64,000 nucleotides of DNA from an uncultured Verrucomicrobiae bacterium. Its GTDB lineage: Bacteria; Verrucomicrobiota; Verrucomicrobiia; Chthoniobacterales; JAFAMB01. The stretch covers positions 160,001-224,000 of the forward strand of contig CAWIPH010000001.1 in assembly GCA_963837955.1 (NCBI GenBank), in the 5' to 3' direction. The position numbers and the translations under genes were made by a program. Positions 38,353 through 47,318 of this stretch are shown here, one piece after another. Each line of letters opens with the position of its first letter. Position 1 is the stretch's first letter. The notes below the pieces were generated by a model that worked only from the letters and a program-made list of their open reading frames with translations, was not told the DNA's origin and did no database searches.

Positions 38353-40167
38353 TCATGAAAACAGCTTGCCGCCATACATAAGGAAGTGTTCCAGGATCGG
38401 CCCGAGCGAAAGCGCTGGGAAAAATGTCAGCGCACCGACAAGCAAGACCGTTCCAACAAGCAGAACGACAAACAGAGTTCCCGATACCGGGAACGTACCC
38501 GCGCTGGTCGCCACAAGCTTCTTTCGAGCAAGTGACCCGGCCAGAGCCATGACCGGAATGATCATGCCGAACCGGCCGATCAGCATCGCTAACCCCAAGG
38601 TAATGTCGTAATGCGGGTCGTTGTTCGTGGGCGCCGCCGTGAGTCCGGCAAAAGCACTGCCGTTGTTGCCTGTACAGGAAGTATAGGCATAAAGAATTTC
38701 GCTCAGACCGTGTGGCCCGGTATTGTTCAACCCTGCCTTTCCCCAATCCGTGAGACAGGCCCAACCGCTGAATCCAAGAATCGAGAAGGCCATCAGCAGG
38801 ATACCGAATGAGGCCATCTTGACCTCATAAGCTTCGATCTTCTTTCCAAGGTACTCAGGCGTTCTGCCCACCATGAGGCCGGCGATGAAGACTGCCAGGA
38901 CAACGAACAAGAGCATCCCGTACAGGCCTGCGCCGACGCCGCCAAAGACAATTTCGCCCAGCTGAATGTTGAGCATCGGAATCAGTCCACCGATCGGTGT
39001 GAAAGAGTCATGGGCCGCGTTAACAGCTCCGCAGGAGGCATCCGTGGTAATTGTGGCAAAGAGGGCAGAGTTGAAGATGCCGAACCGGGTCTCTTTCCCT
39101 TCCATATTGCCCCCCGCCGGATCGACACCTAGTGAGTGCGCGATCGGGTTGCCGTGCGCTTCGGCCGACCAGCAGATCAAAGCCCCGGTAACAAACATAA
39201 TTGCCATCGCGGCCCAAACCGCCCAGCCATGTCCCTGGTGCTTCGTAGCTCGCCCCAGGTAATAGGTCAGTGCGCTGGGGATTGCAAAAATCGACAACAT
39301 CTGGATAAAGTTCGAAAGCGGCGTTGGATTCTCAAATGGATGGCCGGCATTTGCGTTCATATAACCACCGCCATTGGTGCCCAACATCTTGATTGCCATC
39401 TGAGACGCGATCGGACCTTGCGGAATCGTTTGGGTGTCAACCGTCTGGTCGACCATGACCGGTTTCCCTTGGGCATCATTTACCGGGTTGCCCGCATCAT
39501 CCTTCTTCGGTACCTGGACGGTCTGCGCCTCCATCACGTGTGCCGTATTATAATGTTTGAAGTTTTGCGGAACCCCTTGGGCTACCAGGAACAGCGCGTA
39601 CACGACGCAAATCGGCAAAAGCAGATAATAAATGATGCGAGTCACATCGACCCAGAAATTGCCCAGCGTCTTCGCCGAATGCCGCGCGATTCCGCGTACG
39701 ATGACTGCCGCAATCGCTATCCCGGTGGCCGCCGATAAGAAATTATGCAACGCCAACGCGACCATTTGGGAGAACTGACTCATCGTCGATTCACCCGTAT
39801 AACTTTGCCAGTTCGTGTTCGTGGTAAAACTAGCAGCCGTGTTAAAGGACAGGTGGTCCGCCACCGCTGGAAATTTTTGCGGGTTCAACGGCAGATGATC
39901 CTGCAACCGCAAAATGCCGTAAGTAAAAATCATCGAGACCACAGAAAAAATCAGTATGGCCACGGCATACTGAATCCAATTTTGCTCGAGGTGCGGTTTT
40001 ACTCCCAGAATCCGGTAAGTGAAGCGCTCAACCGGTCGAATGACCGGATCGAGAAACGTCTTCCCATTCGTGTCCAAAACCTGAGTCAAATACAACCCAA
40101 GCGGCTTAGTAATAAGCACCAGAACTAGCAGATAGAATGCTAGTTGAAGCCAACCCGATATATTCAT
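38353..40167 (-). CDS. kdpA: K+-transporting ATPase subunit A
   Basis: TNTNWQSY, LGTNGGG, HPFENP, MEGKE.RFG, SCGAVN, NNGSAFAG. Confidence 0.98.
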   Translation of the reverse strand: MNISGWLQLAFYLLVLVLITKPLGLYLTQVLDTNGKTFLDPVIRPVERFTYRILGVKPHLEQNWIQYAVAILIFSVVSMIFTYGILRLQDHLPLNPQKFPAVADHLSFNTAASFTTNTNWQSYTGESTMSQFSQMVALALHNFLSAATGIAIAAVIVRGIARHSAKTLGNFWVDVTRIIYYLLLPICVVYALFLVAQGVPQNFKHYNTAHVMEAQTVQVPKKDDAGNPVNDAQGKPVMVDQTVDTQTIPQGPIASQMAIKMLGTNGGGYMNANAGHPFENPTPLSNFIQMLSIFAIPSALTYYLGRATKHQGHGWAVWAAMAIMFVTGALICWSAEAHGNPIAHSLGVDPAGGNMEGKETRFGIFNSALFATITTDASCGAVNAAHDSFTPIGGLIPMLNIQLGEIVFGGVGAGLYGMLLFVVLAVFIAGLMVGRTPEYLGKKIEAYEVKMASFGILLMAFSILGFSGWACLTDWGKAGLNNTGPHGLSEILYAYTSCTGNNGSAFAGLTAAPTNNDPHYDITLGLAMLIGRFGMIIPVMALAGSLARKKLVATSAGTFPVSGTLFVVLLVGTVLLVGALTFFPALSLGPILEHFLMYGGKLFS

Positions 40168-40195
40168 AGATAGCGTAAAAGAGTTTCGTTAAGTG

Positions 40196-40279
40196 CTAGA
40201 ACTTCTCCGGTCTGATCATCGAAAAGATGAGATAGACAATGAGAAGCACAGAGATGATGCCAACGACGATGTTTTCCAT
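40196..40279 (-). CDS. kdpF: K+-transporting ATPase subunit F (below ORF-track cutoff)
   Basis: MENIVVGIISVLLIVYLIFSMIRPEKF*; YL..M..PEKF signature, immediately upstream of kdpA. Confidence 0.93.
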   Translation of the reverse strand: MENIVVGIISVLLIVYLIFSMIRPEKF

Positions 40280-40283
40280 GTGA

Positions 40284-40367
40284 TTAGACTTTCTCGCATG
40301 CTTTGACGAAAAGCAGGAGGATCCCGAAGGAGACGATAGTAATTAAGAGATAGATGATGTCCGACAT
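40284..40367 (-). CDS. Second small hydrophobic Kdp-associated peptide (27 aa)
   Basis: MSDIIYLLITIVSFGILLLFVKACEKV*; ends 4 bp before kdpF. Confidence 0.75.
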   Translation of the reverse strand: MSDIIYLLITIVSFGILLLFVKACEKV

Positions 40368-40426
40368 AGTAGAGTAGGCGAGGAATGTTTAACGTATCGC
40401 GAACGAGGCGCTCATTCCTCTGTGCG

Positions 40427-41110
40427 TTAGTCGTTACCCATATTGATAGGTTCTTTGGTTGCACCGAAATGGTGCATTTCGAACAACCGGCGCATATTTT
40501 GCTGAGCGGGTTCGAAATCTTTATCCAGCTTGATCGCGCGACCGTACATTTTGCGAGCTCGATCATGATCTTCCTTCAGCTCGGCCAGCACGCCGGCTAG
40601 ATTGAAGGCTTCCGGAGAACTATCGTTTATTTCCAGCGCGCGAACGATGTAAGGACGAGCGGCGTCGAAATTGCCAATGTTAATTAGCCGTTTTGCGGTT
40701 GTTAGATGCGCATCAAAATCGGAGCGATAAGTTAGCTGGGATGCATCATCATGGCGACCGATGATTTCACTAACTACCGCTCGCAGCTCCGCTGGTCGGA
40801 GCGGCTTTTGCAAAAAATCGATCGCGCCTAGTTTCATCGCGCGCACCGCATTGGGAACGTCGCTGTAGGCGGTAATAATGACCGCCGGTGTTGGGATACC
40901 TTCTTCCCTGATCAAACGTAATAGTTCCAGACCGTCGGTACTCGGCATCCGCAGATCGAGAATTGCTAGATCAAAGAGTTGATCATGCAGCAATTGGATC
41001 GCTTCCTTGGCATCACCGGCCTCTTTGACCTCGTATCCCTCGACGTCCAACGTGATGCGATAGTTCAGACGAACGTTGGGTTCGTCATCGACAACCAATA
41101 TCTTTTTCAT
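40427..41110 (-). CDS. Response regulator with receiver plus TPR-like output (no DNA-binding domain)
   Basis: ILVVDDEP, LDLRMP, ITAY, FLQKP; C-terminal AFNLAGVL...Y.RAI.LD. Confidence 0.85.
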   Translation of the reverse strand: MKKILVVDDEPNVRLNYRITLDVEGYEVKEAGDAKEAIQLLHDQLFDLAILDLRMPSTDGLELLRLIREEGIPTPAVIITAYSDVPNAVRAMKLGAIDFLQKPLRPAELRAVVSEIIGRHDDASQLTYRSDFDAHLTTAKRLINIGNFDAARPYIVRALEINDSSPEAFNLAGVLAELKEDHDRARKMYGRAIKLDKDFEPAQQNMRRLFEMHHFGATKEPINMGND

Positions 41111-42912
41111 TGGGTTGAGCCGGCCATGACCGGTAAATCAAAATAAAATTCACTACCGTGTCCGGGAGAGCTCTCCAGGCCAACGCTGCCCCCATGAGCA
41201 CTCACGATTTCGCGCGTGATAGCTAAGCCCAAACCAACGCCGTCGCGGTCGCTTCCTGGCAGACGAAAGAAGCGCTCGAAAATCCGGTCTTGAAATTCTT
41301 TCGGGATACCTGGACCGCTATCAGTAACCGAGAAACGCACTGCTCCATTCCTTTCTTTGGCTGCTACCAGAATGGTGTCCCCAAACTTCGAGTGCTTAGC
41401 CGCATTGGAAATCAGATTCGAGAAAACGTGATGAATCTGGCGCGGATCGACATTAACGTACGGAAGCCCGGGTTCGGCTTTGGCTTTGAGCTTGGAGCCG
41501 TGCGACTCGGCGAACGGCTCGCATCGCTCCACCGCAGCGCTGATTAATGTTTCCGGCAGAACGGTTTCAAATATTTGGCGCGTCTCATTCGATTCTAATC
41601 GGGCGAGGTCTAGCAGGTCGTTAATAATACGCAGCAGTCGCTCAGAATCGTCCCGGGCTGCCAGCAGGATCTCGGTTTGCTTTCGGGTTAGCGATCCGAT
41701 TCGCTCCTCTAATAAGAGGTGCAGACCCATGCGCACGCTCGTCAGAGGTGTCTTCAACTCGTGACTAACCGTAGACACAAGATTGGTTTTGACCTCATCT
41801 AACAGGCGGAAGCGGGTAACATCTTGAAGCACAATGACCGCGCCGAAAATCTTGCCATTCTCGTCTCGCATTCCAACTACCCGAGGTAAGAAGTATTTCT
41901 CTTGATCGTCCACTCGCAGAGCGATCGCTTTGTCGAAGCTGGTTGGCAGGTAATCGGACTCTCCTTTCAAGGCTCGCTCCATCAACGGAATGACCGCATC
42001 GGGCAGTTGTCCTCGCGTTTCCATGCTGCCCAGAAGTTTTATGGCCGCCGGATTGAGGAAATTAATTCTACCGTCCGTGGAGCACGCAAAAAGAGCGTCT
42101 GGAAATGCTGAGAAGGCGGTCTCGGTGAGCTGACGAGCTTGCAAGATCTGATCGGTGGTAACTTGACGGTAGTTACGCAGTTTACCGGCTAACTTATTAA
42201 ACGCCTCAGCTAATTGGCCGAGTTCATCCCGGGAAGTGACCGGGACTAACTGATCCAGTTTGCCATCTCCCAATTCTTTAGCGACAGCGGTTAATCTCTG
42301 GATGGAACGAACGAGTGATCGTTGCAGCCAGAACGCGAAGAAAAGACTAGCCCCAATCCCCACCAGCCCGGCAACAATCATCCATCGTGTCGACTTGTTG
42401 CTCAGAGCACGTGCCTCTTGATTCTCAAAGAGCATGTTTTCCTCGTTGATACGAATCACCTCCTGCGCGGTGTCTTTGATCCGCGTGGCAATTGGTAAAA
42501 GAGCGTCGAAATACACCCGCCGCTTCTGGTCGAGATCGCTTAGATTCCAAAACTTGGAAATCTCCGAGCTGTAGCTGGCAAATAGGGAATGCAAGGAATC
42601 GGCGAGTTCCTGCTCACCGGGAAGCGTGACGTTGTGCTCTTCGATCCGCAGATTCTCAGCGAAAATCGGCTCGTTCTGCCGATACACTTGCCGGCCACGG
42701 GCATCTTCACCTACCAGCGTAAAGAAGGCAGCCGAGTCCATTCGTTCGAGACTCTCCTTCATCTGCTGGCCAGCGACGACGCTCCGATAGTTTTCTTTGA
42801 GTAGAAGATCGATTTTGCCGCCGAGCGACCGGAACAGAATGATGGCGCAAATACCGATCCCAGCCACCAGGACAAGGATCGGTGCAATCCCGAAAAAGAT
42901 TCGCCATTTCAT
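41107..42912 (-). CDS. Membrane sensor histidine kinase (4-helix periplasmic, HAMP, PAS, HisKA, HATPase; KinB-like layout)
   Basis: Two TM helices, DELGQLAEAFN, SHELKTPL, NLISNA, DSGPGIP, GLGLAI. Confidence 0.92.
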   Translation of the reverse strand: MKWRIFFGIAPILVLVAGIGICAIILFRSLGGKIDLLLKENYRSVVAGQQMKESLERMDSAAFFTLVGEDARGRQVYRQNEPIFAENLRIEEHNVTLPGEQELADSLHSLFASYSSEISKFWNLSDLDQKRRVYFDALLPIATRIKDTAQEVIRINEENMLFENQEARALSNKSTRWMIVAGLVGIGASLFFAFWLQRSLVRSIQRLTAVAKELGDGKLDQLVPVTSRDELGQLAEAFNKLAGKLRNYRQVTTDQILQARQLTETAFSAFPDALFACSTDGRINFLNPAAIKLLGSMETRGQLPDAVIPLMERALKGESDYLPTSFDKAIALRVDDQEKYFLPRVVGMRDENGKIFGAVIVLQDVTRFRLLDEVKTNLVSTVSHELKTPLTSVRMGLHLLLEERIGSLTRKQTEILLAARDDSERLLRIINDLLDLARLESNETRQIFETVLPETLISAAVERCEPFAESHGSKLKAKAEPGLPYVNVDPRQIHHVFSNLISNAAKHSKFGDTILVAAKERNGAVRFSVTDSGPGIPKEFQDRIFERFFRLPGSDRDGVGLGLAITREIVSAHGGSVGLESSPGHGSEFYFDLPVMAGSTQ

Positions 42913-42951
42913 TGGATTTCAGCCCGCCGATACAAGAGGGAGCGGTATTTA

Positions 42952-42967
42952 AGCGAACGGCGTGCCA
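42952..42967 (-). promoter_or_regulatory. Sigma-54 -24/-12 promoter
   Basis: Reverse strand TGGCACG-CCGT-TCGCT versus consensus TGGCACG-N4-TTGCW, with correct GG/GC spacing, 40 bp before the kinase ATG. Confidence 0.75.
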
Positions 42968-43043
42968 ACTCCGTCCGTTAAGATACAAGCCGTTTAACTT
43001 CAATCACTTAAGCCTATGCTAATTTTTCCGGTGCAGTGTCGGT

Positions 43044-43090
43044 CTCGCAAAATGCGAGTACCGCCTGAGCGCGAGGTCGCAGGATACGAG
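43044..43090. promoter_or_regulatory. Tandem palindromic enhancer-like sites
   Basis: CTCGCA-aaa-TGCGAG (43044-43058) and GTCGCA-gga-TACGAG (43076-43090), 32 bp apart, upstream of the sigma-54 site. Confidence 0.6.
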
Positions 43091-43121
43091 ACGAGTCGCT
43101 GTCGCCGAAGCGTATAAGGGA

Positions 43122-43226
43122 TGACAGATGACTGATGACATAGATGAGCAGAGCGGCGGCCAAAAGCGCCGATATGTCAATGCCGCGCGCCACTAATATT
43201 TGTCTTTTGTCATCAGTCATTTGTCA
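43122..43226. repeat. Inverted heptamer-arm cassette
   Basis: TGACAGA TGACTGA TGACATA ... TTTGTCT TTTGTCA TCAGTCA TTTGTCA. Confidence 0.8.
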
Positions 43227-43257
43227 TCCCGTCAGGTTAGGCACATGTTCATCCATG

Positions 43258-43827
43258 ATGTCGCTTACCCCTTCCAACATGGTGGAACTGGGATCCTCCG
43301 CTCCGGATTTTGCGCTTCCGAATCCGCTGACCGGAGAAGCCGTTCGACGGGATGATTTTTCGGGCACAGACGCACTACTCGTCATCTTTATGTGCGCACA
43401 CTGCCCCTACGTCGTTCACGTAAAACCGGAGCTCATTCAATTGGGGAATGATTACCGGTCACGCGGGGTTGCCATCGTCGGGATTAGCGCGAACGATCCC
43501 GCCCAATATCCCGCAGACGCGCCACCAAAGCTCGCCAAATTCAGTCGCGATTTACCGTTTCCGCTTCTATTCGATGAGGCCCAAGAGGTCGCCAGAGCCT
43601 ATGATGCAGCCTGTACTCCGGATTTTTTCCTTTTCGATCAGGAACGCAAATTGGTTTATCGCGGCCAACTTGATGACAGCCGGCCAGGAAACGGAAAAGC
43701 CCTCAGCGGAAAGGACCTCCGGGCTGCTTTGGATGCGGTACTGAGCGGCAAGCCAGTTTCTCCCGACCAAAAGGCTAGCATCGGCTGCAGCATTAAATGG
43801 AAACCCGGCAATAAGCCGAACGGTTAG
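43258..43827 (+). CDS. Thioredoxin/AhpC-TSA family redoxin
   Basis: APDFALP, FMCAHCPYV, ISAND, YDAACTPDFF, YRGQLDDSRP, GCSIKWK. Confidence 0.92.
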   Translation: MSLTPSNMVELGSSAPDFALPNPLTGEAVRRDDFSGTDALLVIFMCAHCPYVVHVKPELIQLGNDYRSRGVAIVGISANDPAQYPADAPPKLAKFSRDLPFPLLFDEAQEVARAYDAACTPDFFLFDQERKLVYRGQLDDSRPGNGKALSGKDLRAALDAVLSGKPVSPDQKASIGCSIKWKPGNKPNG

Positions 43828-44034
43828 TGGGTAGGCAGTTGGCGGTCAGCAGTTATCAATCTGGGCGGCGCGACTATCCTGCTGGATCGAGCGCAGTCGT
43901 TACCTCGATTCCGATTCAAGGCGCTTTTCCTGATGAGCCAGGTCCACTCAGTGATTTGTAACGCGATGCCCTGAAAGCTCGTGACAATCAACGTTCCAAG
44001 ATCCGTTCGCGAAGAAACATCGGCCATGACGCAG

Positions 44035-45354
44035 TCAGAGTTTTTTCTTCCGCCGGTAAAGCGTGGCTGGGTCAATCCCGAGGGTATTGGCAGCTTCTTC
44101 AATAGTTCGCGAATTGGCCAGCACCCTGCGGATGTGCTCATTCTCCAGTTCGGATAACGTGGCAGGTCCGCCGACGCGCGGTTCTTTCGGAGCAATAGCA
44201 AGATCCGAGAGATCCGCTGGTTCGATCCAATCGCCTTCTGCTAGGATGGCCGCACGCTCTATCACGTTGCGCAGTTCCCGTAGGTTACCCGGCCAAAAAT
44301 AATGCTGAAGCGCGGACAACGCCTCTGGCGAGAACTGCAGCGAGCTTCTCCCGGATCGAGCGGCAAAAAAACGGAGTTGCTTGTTGGCGATCCGAGCCAA
44401 GTCAATCAGTCGGTCGCGCAAAGGCGGCAGTGTAATGGTGATCACATTAAGACGGTAGAAAAGGTCTTCGCGAAATTGACCCCGTCCGACCGCTTCGTTC
44501 AGGCTGTGATTCGTAGCGGAGATGACTCGGACATCGGCCTTCCGCGCGCGGGTATCGCCGACTCGTTCGTACTCCCGCTCTTGCAGCAAGCGCAGTAGTT
44601 TAGCTTGCACTTCCGGAGGCAGGTCTCCGATCTCGTCCAAGAACAGTGTTCCGCCTTCAGCCGCAGCTATCTTGCCGATCGCATCGGCATGAGCGCCAGT
44701 GAATGCACCCTTCACATGTCCGAATAATTCGCTTTCCAGCAAGTCGCGAGACAGGCTGGGGCAACTCACCGTGATAAAGGCCGCTCGCGCCCGTGCGCTT
44801 CGTTCATGCATGGCGCGAGCTAACACGCTCTTACCCGTTCCGCTCTCCCCCAAAAGTAAGACAGTCGCTTCGCTGACTGCTGCTTTGCTCGCTACCGCCA
44901 GCGCCTTCTGCATCAAAGGGGCGTCTGACTCCAGATCAAATTCGGCCGATTCAGCCTGCAACCGGCTCTCAAGTTCGACCACCCGGTTTTCCAATTGCCG
45001 GGTTCGAGCGATCCGATTCAGAACTTGCCGCACCTGATCCGGTGTGCACGGTTTCGGCAAAAAATCGTAGGCGCCGCGACGCATTGCCTCGACGGCGGTC
45101 TCGATCGAAGCGTACGCCGTAACCATCACCACCGAAACATTTGGGTCGCGCCGAAGTAGCTCCCCCAGCAAGTCCAAGCCGCTCTCCTGCTGCAACTTCA
45201 GGTCGAGTAAAATCACTTCGAAATCGCTCGCCTCCATCCGTCGCAGAGCTTCCTCGCCGGTCGAAACCGTCGTCACCTCATGATCCATCGACTCCAGGGC
45301 TGTCGCCATGGTTTGGCGGATATTCTTTTCGTCATCTACAACCAGGATTCGCAT
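44035..45354 (-). CDS. Sigma-54-dependent response regulator (NtrC/AlgB type)
   Basis: REC domain, [44 protein letters not shown], Fis-type HTH. Confidence 0.95.
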   Translation of the reverse strand: MRILVVDDEKNIRQTMATALESMDHEVTTVSTGEEALRRMEASDFEVILLDLKLQQESGLDLLGELLRRDPNVSVVMVTAYASIETAVEAMRRGAYDFLPKPCTPDQVRQVLNRIARTRQLENRVVELESRLQAESAEFDLESDAPLMQKALAVASKAAVSEATVLLLGESGTGKSVLARAMHERSARARAAFITVSCPSLSRDLLESELFGHVKGAFTGAHADAIGKIAAAEGGTLFLDEIGDLPPEVQAKLLRLLQEREYERVGDTRARKADVRVISATNHSLNEAVGRGQFREDLFYRLNVITITLPPLRDRLIDLARIANKQLRFFAARSGRSSLQFSPEALSALQHYFWPGNLRELRNVIERAAILAEGDWIEPADLSDLAIAPKEPRVGGPATLSELENEHIRRVLANSRTIEEAANTLGIDPATLYRRKKKL

Positions 45355-45551
45355 AGAAAACCAATCCGCCTCCGGGAAAGTGTTGGACTCGAACCGGATG
45401 ACGAAGACTCACTCAAGGAGAGGCTCCGCTCTTTCCCAAGGGCCGACCAGATTAGCATAACCTCCCCAGGGGAGCGAGTCTCGTCCATTTGGATTGCCAG
45501 GAATGACCAAAACTGGTTCGCTCTCGGTCGGATCCGGTTCTAAGACAACCG

Positions 45552-47057
45552 ATGACTCCTGGTCAACAATCTCCCATTTCGCCCCCGGCCGACTGGATAG
45601 CCCTGACGATCTTCGTCGGTTTGTTTGGGTTCGTCACCATTTTGGGGTTTGTCGCCGCCCGCTGGAAATCCGGTAACCTGAATCGGTTGGAAGAATGGGG
45701 ATTGGGCGGACGCCGGTTCGGCCCATTCATTACCTGGTTCTTGATCGGCGGAGACGCTTACACCGCCTACACCATAATCGCGGTGCCGGCGATCGTTTAC
45801 GCAACTGGAGCTTACGGGTTTTTCGCGTTGCCTTACGCCGTTATCATCTATCCTCTGATTTTTCTGTTGATGCCGCGCTTATGGTCTATCTGTAAGCAGA
45901 ACAATTACATTACTGTGGCGGATCTGGTGGCGGACCGCTACCAGAGCAAATTATTGGCCGGAGTGACCGCGCTTACCGGTATCCTCGCTACGATGCCATA
46001 CATCGCACTGCAGCTGGAGGGAATGCGGGTGGTCGTGGCTGCCCTGGGTTTCACTGAGACCGAAATACCGCTCGCCGTGGCTTTCATCGTGCTCGCGATC
46101 TACACAATTACCAGTGGTCTCCGCGCGCCCGCCGCCATTGCCTTTGTGAAGGATTTGTTGATCTACGTAGTAGTATTCGCGGCTGTCTTTTATCTACCGT
46201 TTAAGCTTGGCGGCTACGGCGCTATTTTTGCCGAGGCGGAACGCACATTCGCGGCGAAAGGAGGAGCGGGCATCCTCTTGCGACCCTCGCAATTCCTACC
46301 ATTTGCGACATTGGCGCTTGGTTCGGCACTGGCATTGATGGTCTACCCGCACACCATTACAGGATTTCTAAGTGCCTCGGGACCGAGCGCAATCCGCAAA
46401 AACGCCATCGCCCTACCAGCTTATAATTTATTGCTCGGACTAGTTGGCTTGCTTGGGATAGTCGCCGTCGCAGCTGGCATCCATACAACGCAGCCAAACG
46501 CTGTCGTACCACTGCTGATTCGCACCTATTTTCCTTCCTGGTTCACGGGACTCAGTTTCGCGGCAATATGGATTGCTGCGCTCGTCCCAGCCGCAATTAT
46601 GTCCATCGGCGCGGCGAACTTGTTTACCCGGAATTTGCTAAAGCCTTTCCTTGCAAAAGACCTCAGCGAACGCGCCGAAACTAACTACGCGAAGCTTGTG
46701 TCCTTTCTGGTGAAGGTCGGAGCTTTGCTCTTCGTTCTCTGTTTACCGACACAGTTCGCCATCGATCTTCAGCTCTTCGGCGGCATCTGGATCTTGCAGA
46801 CCTTTCCCGCCGTCGTTTTCGGCCTATACAAAAATCGCTTTCACGCAGTGGATCTCCTGCTCGGATGGATTGTGGGGATGATCTGCGGGACTTTTTTAGC
46901 GTATTCTTCTGGGTTCAAACCGATCTTTAGCTTTTCCATTGGCGCTCAACCGTTCGCCGTCTACATCGGCTTGATTGCTTTAAGCGCCAACTTAGCCGCC
47001 GGGGCGATCAATCTGTTTTGTCGGCGAGTCGGAAAGAGACTGAACCGGCACGCCTGA
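45552..47057 (+). CDS. Sodium:solute symporter, MctP-like (paralog 1)
   Basis: EWGLGGRRFG, TWFLIGGD.YTAYT, ATMPYIALQL, SGLRAPA, AAIMSIGAANLFTRN. Confidence 0.9.
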   Translation: MTPGQQSPISPPADWIALTIFVGLFGFVTILGFVAARWKSGNLNRLEEWGLGGRRFGPFITWFLIGGDAYTAYTIIAVPAIVYATGAYGFFALPYAVIIYPLIFLLMPRLWSICKQNNYITVADLVADRYQSKLLAGVTALTGILATMPYIALQLEGMRVVVAALGFTETEIPLAVAFIVLAIYTITSGLRAPAAIAFVKDLLIYVVVFAAVFYLPFKLGGYGAIFAEAERTFAAKGGAGILLRPSQFLPFATLALGSALALMVYPHTITGFLSASGPSAIRKNAIALPAYNLLLGLVGLLGIVAVAAGIHTTQPNAVVPLLIRTYFPSWFTGLSFAAIWIAALVPAAIMSIGAANLFTRNLLKPFLAKDLSERAETNYAKLVSFLVKVGALLFVLCLPTQFAIDLQLFGGIWILQTFPAVVFGLYKNRFHAVDLLLGWIVGMICGTFLAYSSGFKPIFSFSIGAQPFAVYIGLIALSANLAAGAINLFCRRVGKRLNRHA

Positions 47058-47120
47058 TCCTGCTTGCATTGACATTCGCCATCCCTAAAATTCGAACTGC
47101 TTTCCCCTCATTCTTGTCAA

Positions 47121-47318
47121 ATGAATCCCGATTCGGAGAAGCCTGTTGGGCCGTGGGCCTGGCTCCTGGTTATACCTTTCGTCGCCCTGCTGGTTGTTCC
47201 TCTTTACAATTTTAAAGATCCGGTCATCGGCGGGTTTCCATTCTTCTATTGGTATCAATTCCTGTGGATCCCGATTACCTCGGTGTTGATCTATCTCGTC
47301 TACAGGAGGATGAGATAA
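47121..47318 (+). CDS. DUF3311 family small membrane protein
   Basis: P.YN..DP.IGGFPFFYWYQFLW; stop overlaps the next ATG (TAATG). Confidence 0.88.
   Translation: MNPDSEKPVGPWAWLLVIPFVALLVVPLYNFKDPVIGGFPFFYWYQFLWIPITSVLIYLVYRRMR

Noticed and set aside
43144..43257. N-terminal extensions of the redoxin (also lgt from 22700 and the ORF from 25156)
   Set aside because: Extensions translate heptamer repeats (ICLLSSVICH); downstream ATGs match the family starts.
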